Origin: Amoebophrya sp. A120
Lineage: Eukaryota > Protista > Dinoflagellata
DNA: 64,000 nt
NCBI GenBank assembly: GCA_905178155.1
Contig: CAJINV010000004.1
Location: forward strand, 6,550,828-6,614,827
Reading direction: 5' to 3'
Part shown: positions 1 through 8,827 of the stretch, piece by piece
How the letters are laid out: each line of letters opens with the position of its first letter
Numbering within the stretch: the stretch's first letter is position 1
The notes under the pieces: generated by a model
Told to the model about the DNA's origin: nothing
Seen by the model: the letters and a program-made list of their open reading frames with translations, nothing else
Database searches by the model: none
Translations under genes and position numbers: made by a program

Positions 1-11
1 AAGAACCACGC

Positions 12-1061
12 TTGTACACGCAGGCGGAATACGCGCTGGATGCCCTTACCTCCTGCGAGGGTCACCTGGCAGTAGGAAAAGTCGAGGGATCACCCCTCAT
101 TGGCCTGCAATGGCCACTCCCGATCATCCGCACCTGGAACAGGAATTCCTGCCGCGAATTCGGCTGGGCTAAAGGAAAGAACATGGCGTATCATGCGACG
201 GCAGGTACCGACGGGGTGCCACTCGAGGCTCGCTTCCACAGCTCAACGGGGCGCCAGGCCACGGAGGGCTCGTCAAGGGACGTAGACCGCCTAGCCAGAT
301 TCGGGAACTTCTGCCCCTTGATCCTCCTCCCGAAAATCACGCCATCCCCCAGCCCACTGCTAGTCACTCTTCAAGACCAGATGATGGGTGATTCACACGG
401 AGCAGCGAGGATGGCACAGGCAGTTGCCACCCACCCGGCGCTTGGGCAGCCCGGATTAATCCAAGAACTGGTCCTGCAGCAACTACACATCCGAAACCCG
501 ACGTGCGACCACGACACGTTCAAAACAAAATTCGGCCTCTGTCGCCAGTGCCTGGAAGACGGGGCAAGAGCAGCAATGAGCATGCTCAGCGGCGAAAGCA
601 TGACAGCCGAAATCCTGTGCGAAGCGGTGGGAGATACGGTGGCTCCGGGAGTTCTGGCGCTGGCAAGATCAAACCGCAGGTCAACACGGCGTGCCCTCGT
701 GGACGCAACCAGGAGCGGGTCCCAGGAAGCCTACAACTACTTCTTCGAGGAGCAGGAAAAACTCCCGCAATACCCGCTACAACCGGGGATGGGAATCACC
801 CGCATGGGCCTAGGTTTAATCTGGGCGCACGGGCGCAGTGGCTACCCGATGGAGTGGCTCCTTGTAATGAACAAATGGCTCAGAGGAACAGAAGAAGACG
901 TCGCAGAATTTCTACGGCAACATGAGGAGCTCGACCTCCGATACTCGGGGATAGAGCATCAATACAGCAGGCTAGTTAACCTCCACAGAGGACGGATCCA
1001 TGCAAACAGTCAGATTCAAGAAGAAAAAGTGGATGAATTAAAACTAATTACATGCCAGTGA
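12..1061 (+). CDS. Hypothetical protein, frame open to the window edge; candidate ORF1/accessory ORF of the retrotransposon
   Basis: 349-aa intronless ORF with the same A-rich codon style as ORF2 and a Cys/His cluster CDHD...CRQC. No family recognised. Confidence 0.55.
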   Translation: MYTQAEYALDALTSCEGHLAVGKVEGSPLIGLQWPLPIIRTWNRNSCREFGWAKGKNMAYHATAGTDGVPLEARFHSSTGRQATEGSSRDVDRLARFGNFCPLILLPKITPSPSPLLVTLQDQMMGDSHGAARMAQAVATHPALGQPGLIQELVLQQLHIRNPTCDHDTFKTKFGLCRQCLEDGARAAMSMLSGESMTAEILCEAVGDTVAPGVLALARSNRRSTRRALVDATRSGSQEAYNYFFEEQEKLPQYPLQPGMGITRMGLGLIWAHGRSGYPMEWLLVMNKWLRGTEEDVAEFLRQHEELDLRYSGIEHQYSRLVNLHRGRIHANSQIQEEKVDELKLITCQ

Positions 1062-1942
1062 AAGTTACGGGAGCCCTGTAGATACACAGCAAAGGCTCAG
1101 CAAAAAAACAGGGATAAAAGATAAACAGAAAGTTAGTCACGTGTCGCGCTGATGAAAAAAAGGAAGACGCGCAGCACAACACAAAGGACGTTCGCTGCGC
1201 AGCAATCTGTTCCAAGAAGCACACCTACTGCCCGATTAATGCTATCCCCCATTCCGCGGCCTGGAGGGTTTTTTGCATGTCTTCGTCCTGGGGCCGCCTG
1301 CACTTCTGCTGTCGGGTGATATCAGTGCCTCTGCCCTGCTGTCGTTGCGGGCAGTCTCGGGCACCCACGACGGTGTCCGGTCCCGGGCCGGCCCCGTGGG
1401 TAATCTTGTATGTCTTTGTGCTTCTTGCAAGCACGTTCCAGCTCCTCCAGCTGGCACCAGCCCGCCAGGTCGTCTCGTCCGTGTTTGCAGCTCGAATGAG
1501 CTCGGCGCTAGTGCGCAAGGTTTTGTAAATCAGGAGTGGGGGAACTAGCGGGGTGATCAGAGCCCGGAGTGGCGGTGGATCTTGTAATGCGGGTCTGGCA
1601 AGAAGAGCATCAACCAAACAAAATGAAATATATGGTGTGTAATGCAGGCCGGACAGGAGATGCACAAGCTAAGAGAATCAGTAGTGCGTCAAGGCTAGGA
1701 AAGCCAGCCGACTAAAACTAACGTGAGCTACGATCGCAATAGTTAGAAAAAAAAAAAAGAAAAAAAGCTCCCTGAAAAAAAATATATATGCAACACACAA
1801 GTAGTCCACTTTTTCTGATATGAATCGCTGAACTCGGGGCAGAAGCAGCCTAGGAGAAAAGGCAGATCGGAGTGCGCCGCGTTTCGCTACGGGCAGTAAG
1901 AGTGGCAGTGATATCGAAAGCAGGATCCCGAACTTCAGCCAC

Positions 1943-4900
1943 ATGCTGAAAATCCGACACGGTAGGAACGCGAACCAAGTCAGCGACCGTGACATCACAT
2001 CAAAAAGGGGAGTCGAAACGGCTAACCTCCTCCACCGCAGGTACCCGCTGTATCACAATGCAGAGGAATTACCAGGGGGCAATGAAGCAGGGATCAACCA
2101 AGCCCCACAACCGCCTCAACACAAAGAGCTCCCGGAGGAGCTACTGGCGGCAGCCAGCCCGTACAAAATCACGTTGGAGCCAGCCCTTCTCCCAAGCGGC
2201 CACCGCCTATTCCCGGTGAGGGTATTTGAAAGACTACCGAAGAGATGGGCGAACTGGCTTGAAGCCGCGCACGGAGCCGGTCTTCTCGTGGAGATCGGAC
2301 TGCACTGCATGTCGGAGATGTCGCGCATCACTAATGCGGAGCTAACTGCGAACCGCACGGCAGGAAAGCCAAAGGTGGGATGCGCGCAGTGGGAAAACCA
2401 GCTTTCAACACTGATCAGGAACTACCTCCAGAAAACAGCAGGAAAGGGCTGGCCCACGAAGCAAGCGAAAAAAGAGGAAGTGGCTGCTGGGATCTGGATG
2501 ACCACCGGGAAAATATGGGATGATCAAGAGCGCCGATACCGCAACACGCAGATCAAGCCGAGCGATCTGACAATGCTGCGATGCTGTGCAGAAGGCATAG
2601 CAATTAGAATGACTACGAGATCGGCCCTGGCGCAACCCCTCCCCCCAGCAGACATCCAAGTCTTCTCGCAGTCCCAATCACAATCAGCAACGTCAAAACA
2701 ACTTCTCGGGATGAATGCGATAAAAAAGCGTGGGGGGCTGAAAATAGACGAAAAGCGACCGGCGGGACGGAACGTCAGATCGGACGGTGGCAGCACCGTC
2801 TCCGGACCTCCGCGGGAATGGAAGTCGCAATCAACAAGTACTCGCTGGAAAAAGGAGATGCAAAGCGAGGAAAATCGTCGGGCAGGTGAGTTTCTGTGCT
2901 GCGCCCCGCGTCGCACAATCGATGAAACTTTTGCCGATGAGACAATAAGCGAGCTAGTTTGCGAGCAATGCACAGCACGTGCAGAGGAATTACTAACCAG
3001 CATCCCCCACCGGGAACGTGTCGTCCACCCGCATGCCCTGGGCTTCCTCGCGATTGTCGAATATCCAAAGAAAGGAGTCGATCCAGCTCAAGGTCCCGCA
3101 CTCTATATCCGCATTCCAATACCTGACTCCGCGGCGCGTGACTACGTAAGTCAGGAATGGAGCTGCACAAGATGCCCATGGACGGGCAGCCTGGCTCAAT
3201 CCCTCCAGCACGTGTACCTCTGTGTGGCGGGCCGGGCGGCTCACGCGTCACAAATGCATATCCAGATAGCGGCGGATAACCTCAGGATAGGCGAAAAACG
3301 ACAGCACAGACAGGACCTAGCAAAAAGATCAGGCTACCTCCTCCCCACCACCAGCATCCGCTTAGAGCCGAAGTGGGCCCCCCCAGACCACAACTGGTCA
3401 AAGGGCAAGCCAATGATAGTCCATCTGGTGAACGCGGATGGCGCCCTAGTCAACAACCACATAGGTGTGGCGCTGGACTTGCTCCACAGCCAGGCGCTGA
3501 TAGCGGTGGTGAGCGAGGCATCGATGAAAAAAGAGGAAGCAACTAGCATCTTGAAAGTCATGGACGAGATCACGCAGGGCCGGTACGACTGGCACCGAGC
3601 AGACCGGTCGATCGCGGCAATAGCGCATGGTATCTCACCAAAAGCCAAAAAATGGACACCAGTACAGGGCGCTCCAAATATGCAGCTGGGATGCATCGAC
3701 ACGGAGGTCATGCGGGGAGAAGCGGTTGTGGGGTACGTGTCCCCGGCGTACGCCACCAGGAAGAACGAGCACGCAGTGCTGGCAGGACTAGTGTCCTCAC
3801 AGACGGTGCTGGTGGCGGGTGACCTCAACGTGACGGAAACTGCGTCCTCTCCAAGTAAATCGGCGGCTCACCTCAAGCAGAAACTACAGGCTGCCGGCAT
3901 GAAATCAGCGCTGGAGGAAGCAGCAATAACCTTCCCGAGGGAAGGAACACAGCCGGACTTGCTCTTCTTCCGCCTCACGTCGGAGTCCCCGACTTCCCAC
4001 CGCGTATATGTGGGGCCCAGCGCAAACAGGGAGCTATCAAACGCCTCCCATCATAACATCACGGCCATACTGGACCTCCCACCACCCCCGGAGGGCGAGG
4101 CAGATGAATCCCTCCCCGCGGAAGTGAACCCCGCGATCCAGGAAGCGAGATCGACGGCACACCGGGTGGTGAAGCTTACTGGTGCGAATCTCCGCCGGTC
4201 CTACGCATGGGAGAAAATCCCCCAAGTAAAACAAGCGGAGATCATAGAAGAAGTCTTGGGCGCAATCAAAGAAGGCTCCTTCACCTGGAAAACAGCATCA
4301 GAGGCGTGCCGAAAAAGGTGGAAAGCAAAAATTTCACCAGCTGCGTTCGAAGGATTCAAAACAGTCCTCCTAAAGAGCAATGGCCGTCTCTCCACTAGCA
4401 TCTCGGAAACAATGGAGTGCTTCCGCTCTCGCCTGCTGGACGGGAAGCCGGCAGGAGCAAAACGAACAAGGTGGGAAGCGGTGGCGGTCAACGAATGGAC
4501 AAAAGATCTAGCTGCGGCCTGCCCATCAAGGAAGTACCACATGAGCGAGGATCTGGTGATCCGGGTGCGAAAACGAATCAACAGTTCGTCTGCCCCGGGG
4601 ATAGACGGCATTCCCCCTGCCTTCTACCTGGAGAATGATGAGCTAACGTCGGCGCTGGTCCACATGGCGGTGAACAAAATCAACAGCGGGGACAAGCTTC
4701 CATGGTCCAGGAAATTCCTCATAAAATGGCTCTTCAAAGCCGGGAAAGAAGGCGCGGTAAGAATCACTAAGGAATTCTTTCGGCCCATCAGCCTGATCAC
4801 ATTAGGAGACAAAGTGCTGGAAGCGACGGTCCTGGAACTACTTCTGCCGGAGGTAGTCTGCTTCTCGGAAAACCTAGGATTCCAAAGAACCTGGTCCGCT

Positions 4901-7900
4901 CCCCTCGCCACGTACAGGGGCGTACACTTTTTAAAGGCGCAGAAAAAGGCGGGCCTCCCGTACGGTGCTGCACTAGTACGCGATGTAAAGGGCGGCTACG
5001 AGAACACCGACAAGAGCCGAGCGCTTTTAGCAATAGCCAGGAGGGGTGCGAGCAGCGAGCTGGTGCGCACAGTGGCAGACTGGTTCGAGGACAGGGCGAT
5101 AGTAATAATAACAGACGGACATCTCAGTGAAGAACACAAAGTAGCTGATGTTTTAGGCCAAGGCACACTCAAATCCCCCATCCTCTTCCGGATCGATTGC
5201 GAAATGGGCGCAGAAGACTGTGGACTAGTCAGCAAATCAAGTGTGTCACAAGACGAGGATGGCCTGGACGAATGGGCACGCCAGATGAACAACTTTGTTG
5301 ACGACGCGACAGCATATGTAGCAGCCCGAGACAAGGACAGCTTGAAGGCCGGCCTACTGGCAGCAAATAAGGACATGAACGCTTTCCCCTACCCGTTCAG
5401 CCCACCACGGCTGGCACTACTGTCTGGCCCACAAGACGAGGACATGACTGCATTGGCTCTTACCCTCAACCTCGAGCTTCCGGACGGCACAATTCTCCGC
5501 CCGACGGAGGCACAGGCAGTTCCGGACCCTCGGGAAGATCCAAAAACGGCCACCTTCTATCACGGCAAGCAAACCAGAGTGACAGGTGCCAGGCTCTACA
5601 AATTCGAAAAGATCCTAGGCATCCCGCACACCGCGCACCGAGACGGGTGGGCAGAACATCTTCGCATCTTGGAACAAACGGTGGAGAGCGATGTTACGGG
5701 ATTCACGGCGGACCCCCGCCACCAAGGCAGAAGCGTCCACGACTGCCTCAAATTCTATGCGGAGAGGGTGCTCAACGCCCTCACATACGGGGCCGGCGTG
5801 AAGTTCTTGCTCAACACGGAATTTCTAGCGGCGCTCGACAAACTGGCGGAGTCACAGCTGCAAAAACTTCTTCAGCAAAGCATTCCACCAGAAGGAGGCT
5901 TAGTTCTCGCTTCAGGAGCCACGCTCCCCAGCTCACTGGCAATAGCAGAGCATAGGATTCTGAACCTCCAGGCCATCTCCCTCAACACCGGGGGCGCGCC
6001 GATTCCAGCGGAGGCGGGTACTGCCGGCCAGGAGAAACGTTGGCGGTCGCTCAAGATCGACTTCAGCTACGAAAATGACCCTCCCCTCCCAGCGAATGTG
6101 AAAATCCTAACAGCAAAAGATGTCTACAACCGCTTTGGAGTTCACCACGCGTCGAAAAATGTCGGCTTCCTAGCGGCGAAGATCAAAAAATGGCTCTCAG
6201 CGTTAAAAGCGCAGTATGGGGCCGCCTTGCTAATCCTGGGTGCCGATGCCGGTGCGGGCTGTTCGGACGACAACAGCGACGAGGACAGGATCTCCGCGTT
6301 GGTCGGGCAGCTGGGGAACCAACCAGCAGGTGAATACCTGATTGGCATGCGCCTGTCCCACAGCCTCGACTCATTTCTTGGCGAAGTAGGGGGTCTCGGA
6401 TCTGCCGCAGCAGTAGTCGCGGCAAACGCTCCGGGAATGGCGCAGGCAGCCGCTGCAGGAAAAATTGTCCCGATCAAGCTGATCGTCGTTCTGGAGGACA
6501 ACGATGGGAGCATAGCAACTACACGCAACTCGTCAGGAGGCATCAACAGCTCTAGAACAAGAGCTATGCTGGCAGCGGCGGCGAGAGACCTTCCGGAAGC
6601 CACGCTTCTAGTACATTATGCACCGGGGCACAGCGGCATTCCATGCCAACAAGAGGCGGATCTGTTACAAAGCATGCCACACCAACCCTCCGCTCCGATG
6701 TCGGAAATATTTGAAGTACAGGTGATGCCTCGCCTGATCAAAAAGGTGATTAAGGCGGATGCGCGCTCGATTGCCCTTCGCCGCTTCGCGGGTCCCACGG
6801 CTCCGGGCTCGCAATCCTCGGACCGGTCAGAATCAATCAGGACTACGATTCTGTCACACATAGGGTACGCACCACAGTACTGGAAAAAGCTGCAGGGAAA
6901 AGCGCAGGCACTCATATTTTCAATCGTTTCGGCGGACGGCAACGTGGCTCTACAACAATCAGGAGCTTACCTCAAAGTGGCTCGCGCGAAAGATGCGGGG
7001 AGATCCCTCCATTGCGGGTGGTGCGGCAAGCAGCTTTTCTTCCACGGGAATACGACCAAGCAGTGCGACGACGACGTGCCGTCCTCTCAGGGGAGTGACG
7101 AATTGCAGGTGGACGAGCAGTCTGAGGAAATAACTGCTGTGCAGGACGAGCCCCTTGGCGGCACGGCGTCCCACGGCAACTCCTTTGCGGCTCACGTCTT
7201 GGGAGCGGAATGCCTCAAGGTGGTACAGTGCTGGCCAGCAGAAGATACCCCAGGTTCCCTAGAGAAGAACCTAAAAAACCTGCCGACCACACTTAGGGCT
7301 ATTCTGCGAGCAGCTGGGTTCCGAGATCCGGGGAAGGAGTGGCCGAAGCAGCAAAAGCCAGCGGCGTCGAGGGAAGAGGCCCCCCTTTCACAGGAGGCTA
7401 AACGAAATCTAGAGAAAACAACTCTACGGTGCATGGAACCACACGCAGACCAGGAAGAGGATCTACAAGACCATAATCAGGAAGAGGCCCCGTGGCTGAT
7501 AAAAGAGCTGCAAAAACTACAAGGAGCAGACCCAACCATCCCGGAAGCGGACGCGCGGGACTGGATTCTGCCCCGGGACAAAATCCTGGGGAGTGCACAT
7601 CCGTCACGGGTAGTGGGGAGACCGGCCACGAGGCAAATTGCAGTAACGATTGAATCCCCACGACAACCCAGGCAGCAAGGGGGCGTCAAAAGAAACTGCT
7701 CATCGGGCGGTGTTCACACGGGGATTCAAAGACGGTATGAAACTGTCCACCACGAGCCTGACGAGCAGGACATTGAATCAAACCAGCCCAAGCGTCGCAG
7801 GATTTCCAATGGTGCAGTAGGACAGGAAATGTATGATGCTGATGGGGATGCAATTATGCAAGACGTGGAGGACGAAAGTAGCGGCCCGGTGGAGGACGAA

Positions 7901-7927
7901 GAGGACGACTTGTTAGCGGACACCTGA
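1943..7927 (+). CDS. LINE ORF2-like polyprotein: Cys/His finger, APE-type endonuclease, reverse transcriptase, RNase H, C-terminal Cys motif
   Basis: EN motifs: VHLVNADG, VVSE, YVSP, VAGDLN, TFPREGTQPDLLF, ASHHN. RT motifs: APGIDGIP, FRPISLITLGDKVLE, LGQGTLKSPILF, NFVDD, KILG. RNase H motifs: GADAG, LGEVG, LEDNDG, HYAPGHSGIPCQQEAD. Cys motifs: CTRCPW..H..C and CGWCG. Confidence 0.93.
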   Translation: MLKIRHGRNANQVSDRDITSKRGVETANLLHRRYPLYHNAEELPGGNEAGINQAPQPPQHKELPEELLAAASPYKITLEPALLPSGHRLFPVRVFERLPKRWANWLEAAHGAGLLVEIGLHCMSEMSRITNAELTANRTAGKPKVGCAQWENQLSTLIRNYLQKTAGKGWPTKQAKKEEVAAGIWMTTGKIWDDQERRYRNTQIKPSDLTMLRCCAEGIAIRMTTRSALAQPLPPADIQVFSQSQSQSATSKQLLGMNAIKKRGGLKIDEKRPAGRNVRSDGGSTVSGPPREWKSQSTSTRWKKEMQSEENRRAGEFLCCAPRRTIDETFADETISELVCEQCTARAEELLTSIPHRERVVHPHALGFLAIVEYPKKGVDPAQGPALYIRIPIPDSAARDYVSQEWSCTRCPWTGSLAQSLQHVYLCVAGRAAHASQMHIQIAADNLRIGEKRQHRQDLAKRSGYLLPTTSIRLEPKWAPPDHNWSKGKPMIVHLVNADGALVNNHIGVALDLLHSQALIAVVSEASMKKEEATSILKVMDEITQGRYDWHRADRSIAAIAHGISPKAKKWTPVQGAPNMQLGCIDTEVMRGEAVVGYVSPAYATRKNEHAVLAGLVSSQTVLVAGDLNVTETASSPSKSAAHLKQKLQAAGMKSALEEAAITFPREGTQPDLLFFRLTSESPTSHRVYVGPSANRELSNASHHNITAILDLPPPPEGEADESLPAEVNPAIQEARSTAHRVVKLTGANLRRSYAWEKIPQVKQAEIIEEVLGAIKEGSFTWKTASEACRKRWKAKISPAAFEGFKTVLLKSNGRLSTSISETMECFRSRLLDGKPAGAKRTRWEAVAVNEWTKDLAAACPSRKYHMSEDLVIRVRKRINSSSAPGIDGIPPAFYLENDELTSALVHMAVNKINSGDKLPWSRKFLIKWLFKAGKEGAVRITKEFFRPISLITLGDKVLEATVLELLLPEVVCFSENLGFQRTWSAPLATYRGVHFLKAQKKAGLPYGAALVRDVKGGYENTDKSRALLAIARRGASSELVRTVADWFEDRAIVIITDGHLSEEHKVADVLGQGTLKSPILFRIDCEMGAEDCGLVSKSSVSQDEDGLDEWARQMNNFVDDATAYVAARDKDSLKAGLLAANKDMNAFPYPFSPPRLALLSGPQDEDMTALALTLNLELPDGTILRPTEAQAVPDPREDPKTATFYHGKQTRVTGARLYKFEKILGIPHTAHRDGWAEHLRILEQTVESDVTGFTADPRHQGRSVHDCLKFYAERVLNALTYGAGVKFLLNTEFLAALDKLAESQLQKLLQQSIPPEGGLVLASGATLPSSLAIAEHRILNLQAISLNTGGAPIPAEAGTAGQEKRWRSLKIDFSYENDPPLPANVKILTAKDVYNRFGVHHASKNVGFLAAKIKKWLSALKAQYGAALLILGADAGAGCSDDNSDEDRISALVGQLGNQPAGEYLIGMRLSHSLDSFLGEVGGLGSAAAVVAANAPGMAQAAAAGKIVPIKLIVVLEDNDGSIATTRNSSGGINSSRTRAMLAAAARDLPEATLLVHYAPGHSGIPCQQEADLLQSMPHQPSAPMSEIFEVQVMPRLIKKVIKADARSIALRRFAGPTAPGSQSSDRSESIRTTILSHIGYAPQYWKKLQGKAQALIFSIVSADGNVALQQSGAYLKVARAKDAGRSLHCGWCGKQLFFHGNTTKQCDDDVPSSQGSDELQVDEQSEEITAVQDEPLGGTASHGNSFAAHVLGAECLKVVQCWPAEDTPGSLEKNLKNLPTTLRAILRAAGFRDPGKEWPKQQKPAASREEAPLSQEAKRNLEKTTLRCMEPHADQEEDLQDHNQEEAPWLIKELQKLQGADPTIPEADARDWILPRDKILGSAHPSRVVGRPATRQIAVTIESPRQPRQQGGVKRNCSSGGVHTGIQRRYETVHHEPDEQDIESNQPKRRRISNGAVGQEMYDADGDAIMQDVEDESSGPVEDEEDDLLADT

Positions 7928-8742
7928 ATAATAATATTATGCTGTGTGTCTCTACATATTTGCCTCGAATAAAGAAAGACAAGTAGTGCAGAAGGAAAAA
8001 AAAGAATAGACAGTTACAAGACATGTGATTTTTAGAAACGGAGGAATGAGTAGTAAAAGGATATAAGCGGTCGAACAAAAAGCCTGTGTGCTTGTTTTCC
8101 TTGCTAAAGCAGTAATGATAGCAAAAAAAGAGCAAAACCAAATTACACATTAGGTGGCCGACGCGGGTGTATTGGAGTGATGGACGGTTTCAGGCGCTCT
8201 TTGGTCTGGTGTGTCGTAGTGTCGTGCGGGCGGGGATTTTATTCTGGTCGTGATCGCTGGTCTTCGTCCGGATCGTCCTCTCGGGCTTCGTCTCGGCTGG
8301 TGAGCGGTGAGTGTTGGTCGGAGAGGGTCCGGTGCTGGTGGCTTTGAGCGGAGCGAGGGTTCCTCGCTATCGTCGTCGCCCGGCTTTTGTCTTTAGTGTC
8401 TGTCCGTAGGTGGGGTCCCTATCCCGGCTTTGGCAATAGGGCTTCTAGGTGGACTGCTGGAGACCCCAGTCCTGTCGCTTCGCGATGTTTTACTCAAGCT
8501 GCCGGAGACCCCAGCTATCCTTCTGCTCTGCCCTTTTCAATCGTCGTTGTCTGTTCTCGTGTCTTGCCTGGTTTTCCGGTGGAATTTACCGTGCTCATGG
8601 AATTACCGATTCGACCAGGACATGCTGCCACTCTAACGGTTCCACTCGGGTCCGACCCCCGTTAGAGCTTGACCCTTTCTCCCCCGAGCTCCTACCTGAG
8701 GTAGTGGTCGTAAAGGGGATATAGTGGTTGAGGGGTAAATAG

Positions 8743-8827
8743 GCTCATGCAATACAGATTTTTCTGGAATGCAAATGCAGCATCACAAGTTGCATTCTTC
8801 CAGACCCAGACATTTTTGCATTTGATA
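8743..8827. mobile_element. Right part of a family-A introner interrupted by the LINE
   Basis: Ends with TIR ttccagacccagacatttttgcatttgata; colinear with the right part of 36204-36495 and 52757-53017. Confidence 0.88.

Larger units (their letters stand above)
1..8742 (+). mobile_element. Non-LTR retrotransposon (LINE; APE endonuclease + RT + RNase H), 5' end outside the window, inserted in a TIR introner of the PFK gene
   Basis: Contains an intact 1994-aa ORF with EN/RT/RNase H motifs and has an A-rich + strand unlike the host genes. An ~810-bp 3' UTR ends ...tagtggttgaggggtaaata(g) and is followed directly by the right part of a family-A introner (gctcatgcaatacagatt...catttgata, 8743-8827). 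Confidence 0.88.

Noticed and set aside
8612-8720. HDV-like ribozyme on the minus strand
   Set aside because: P2-, P3- and P4-like stems exist, but P1 and J4/2 do not fit the consensus; kept only as a generic structure.
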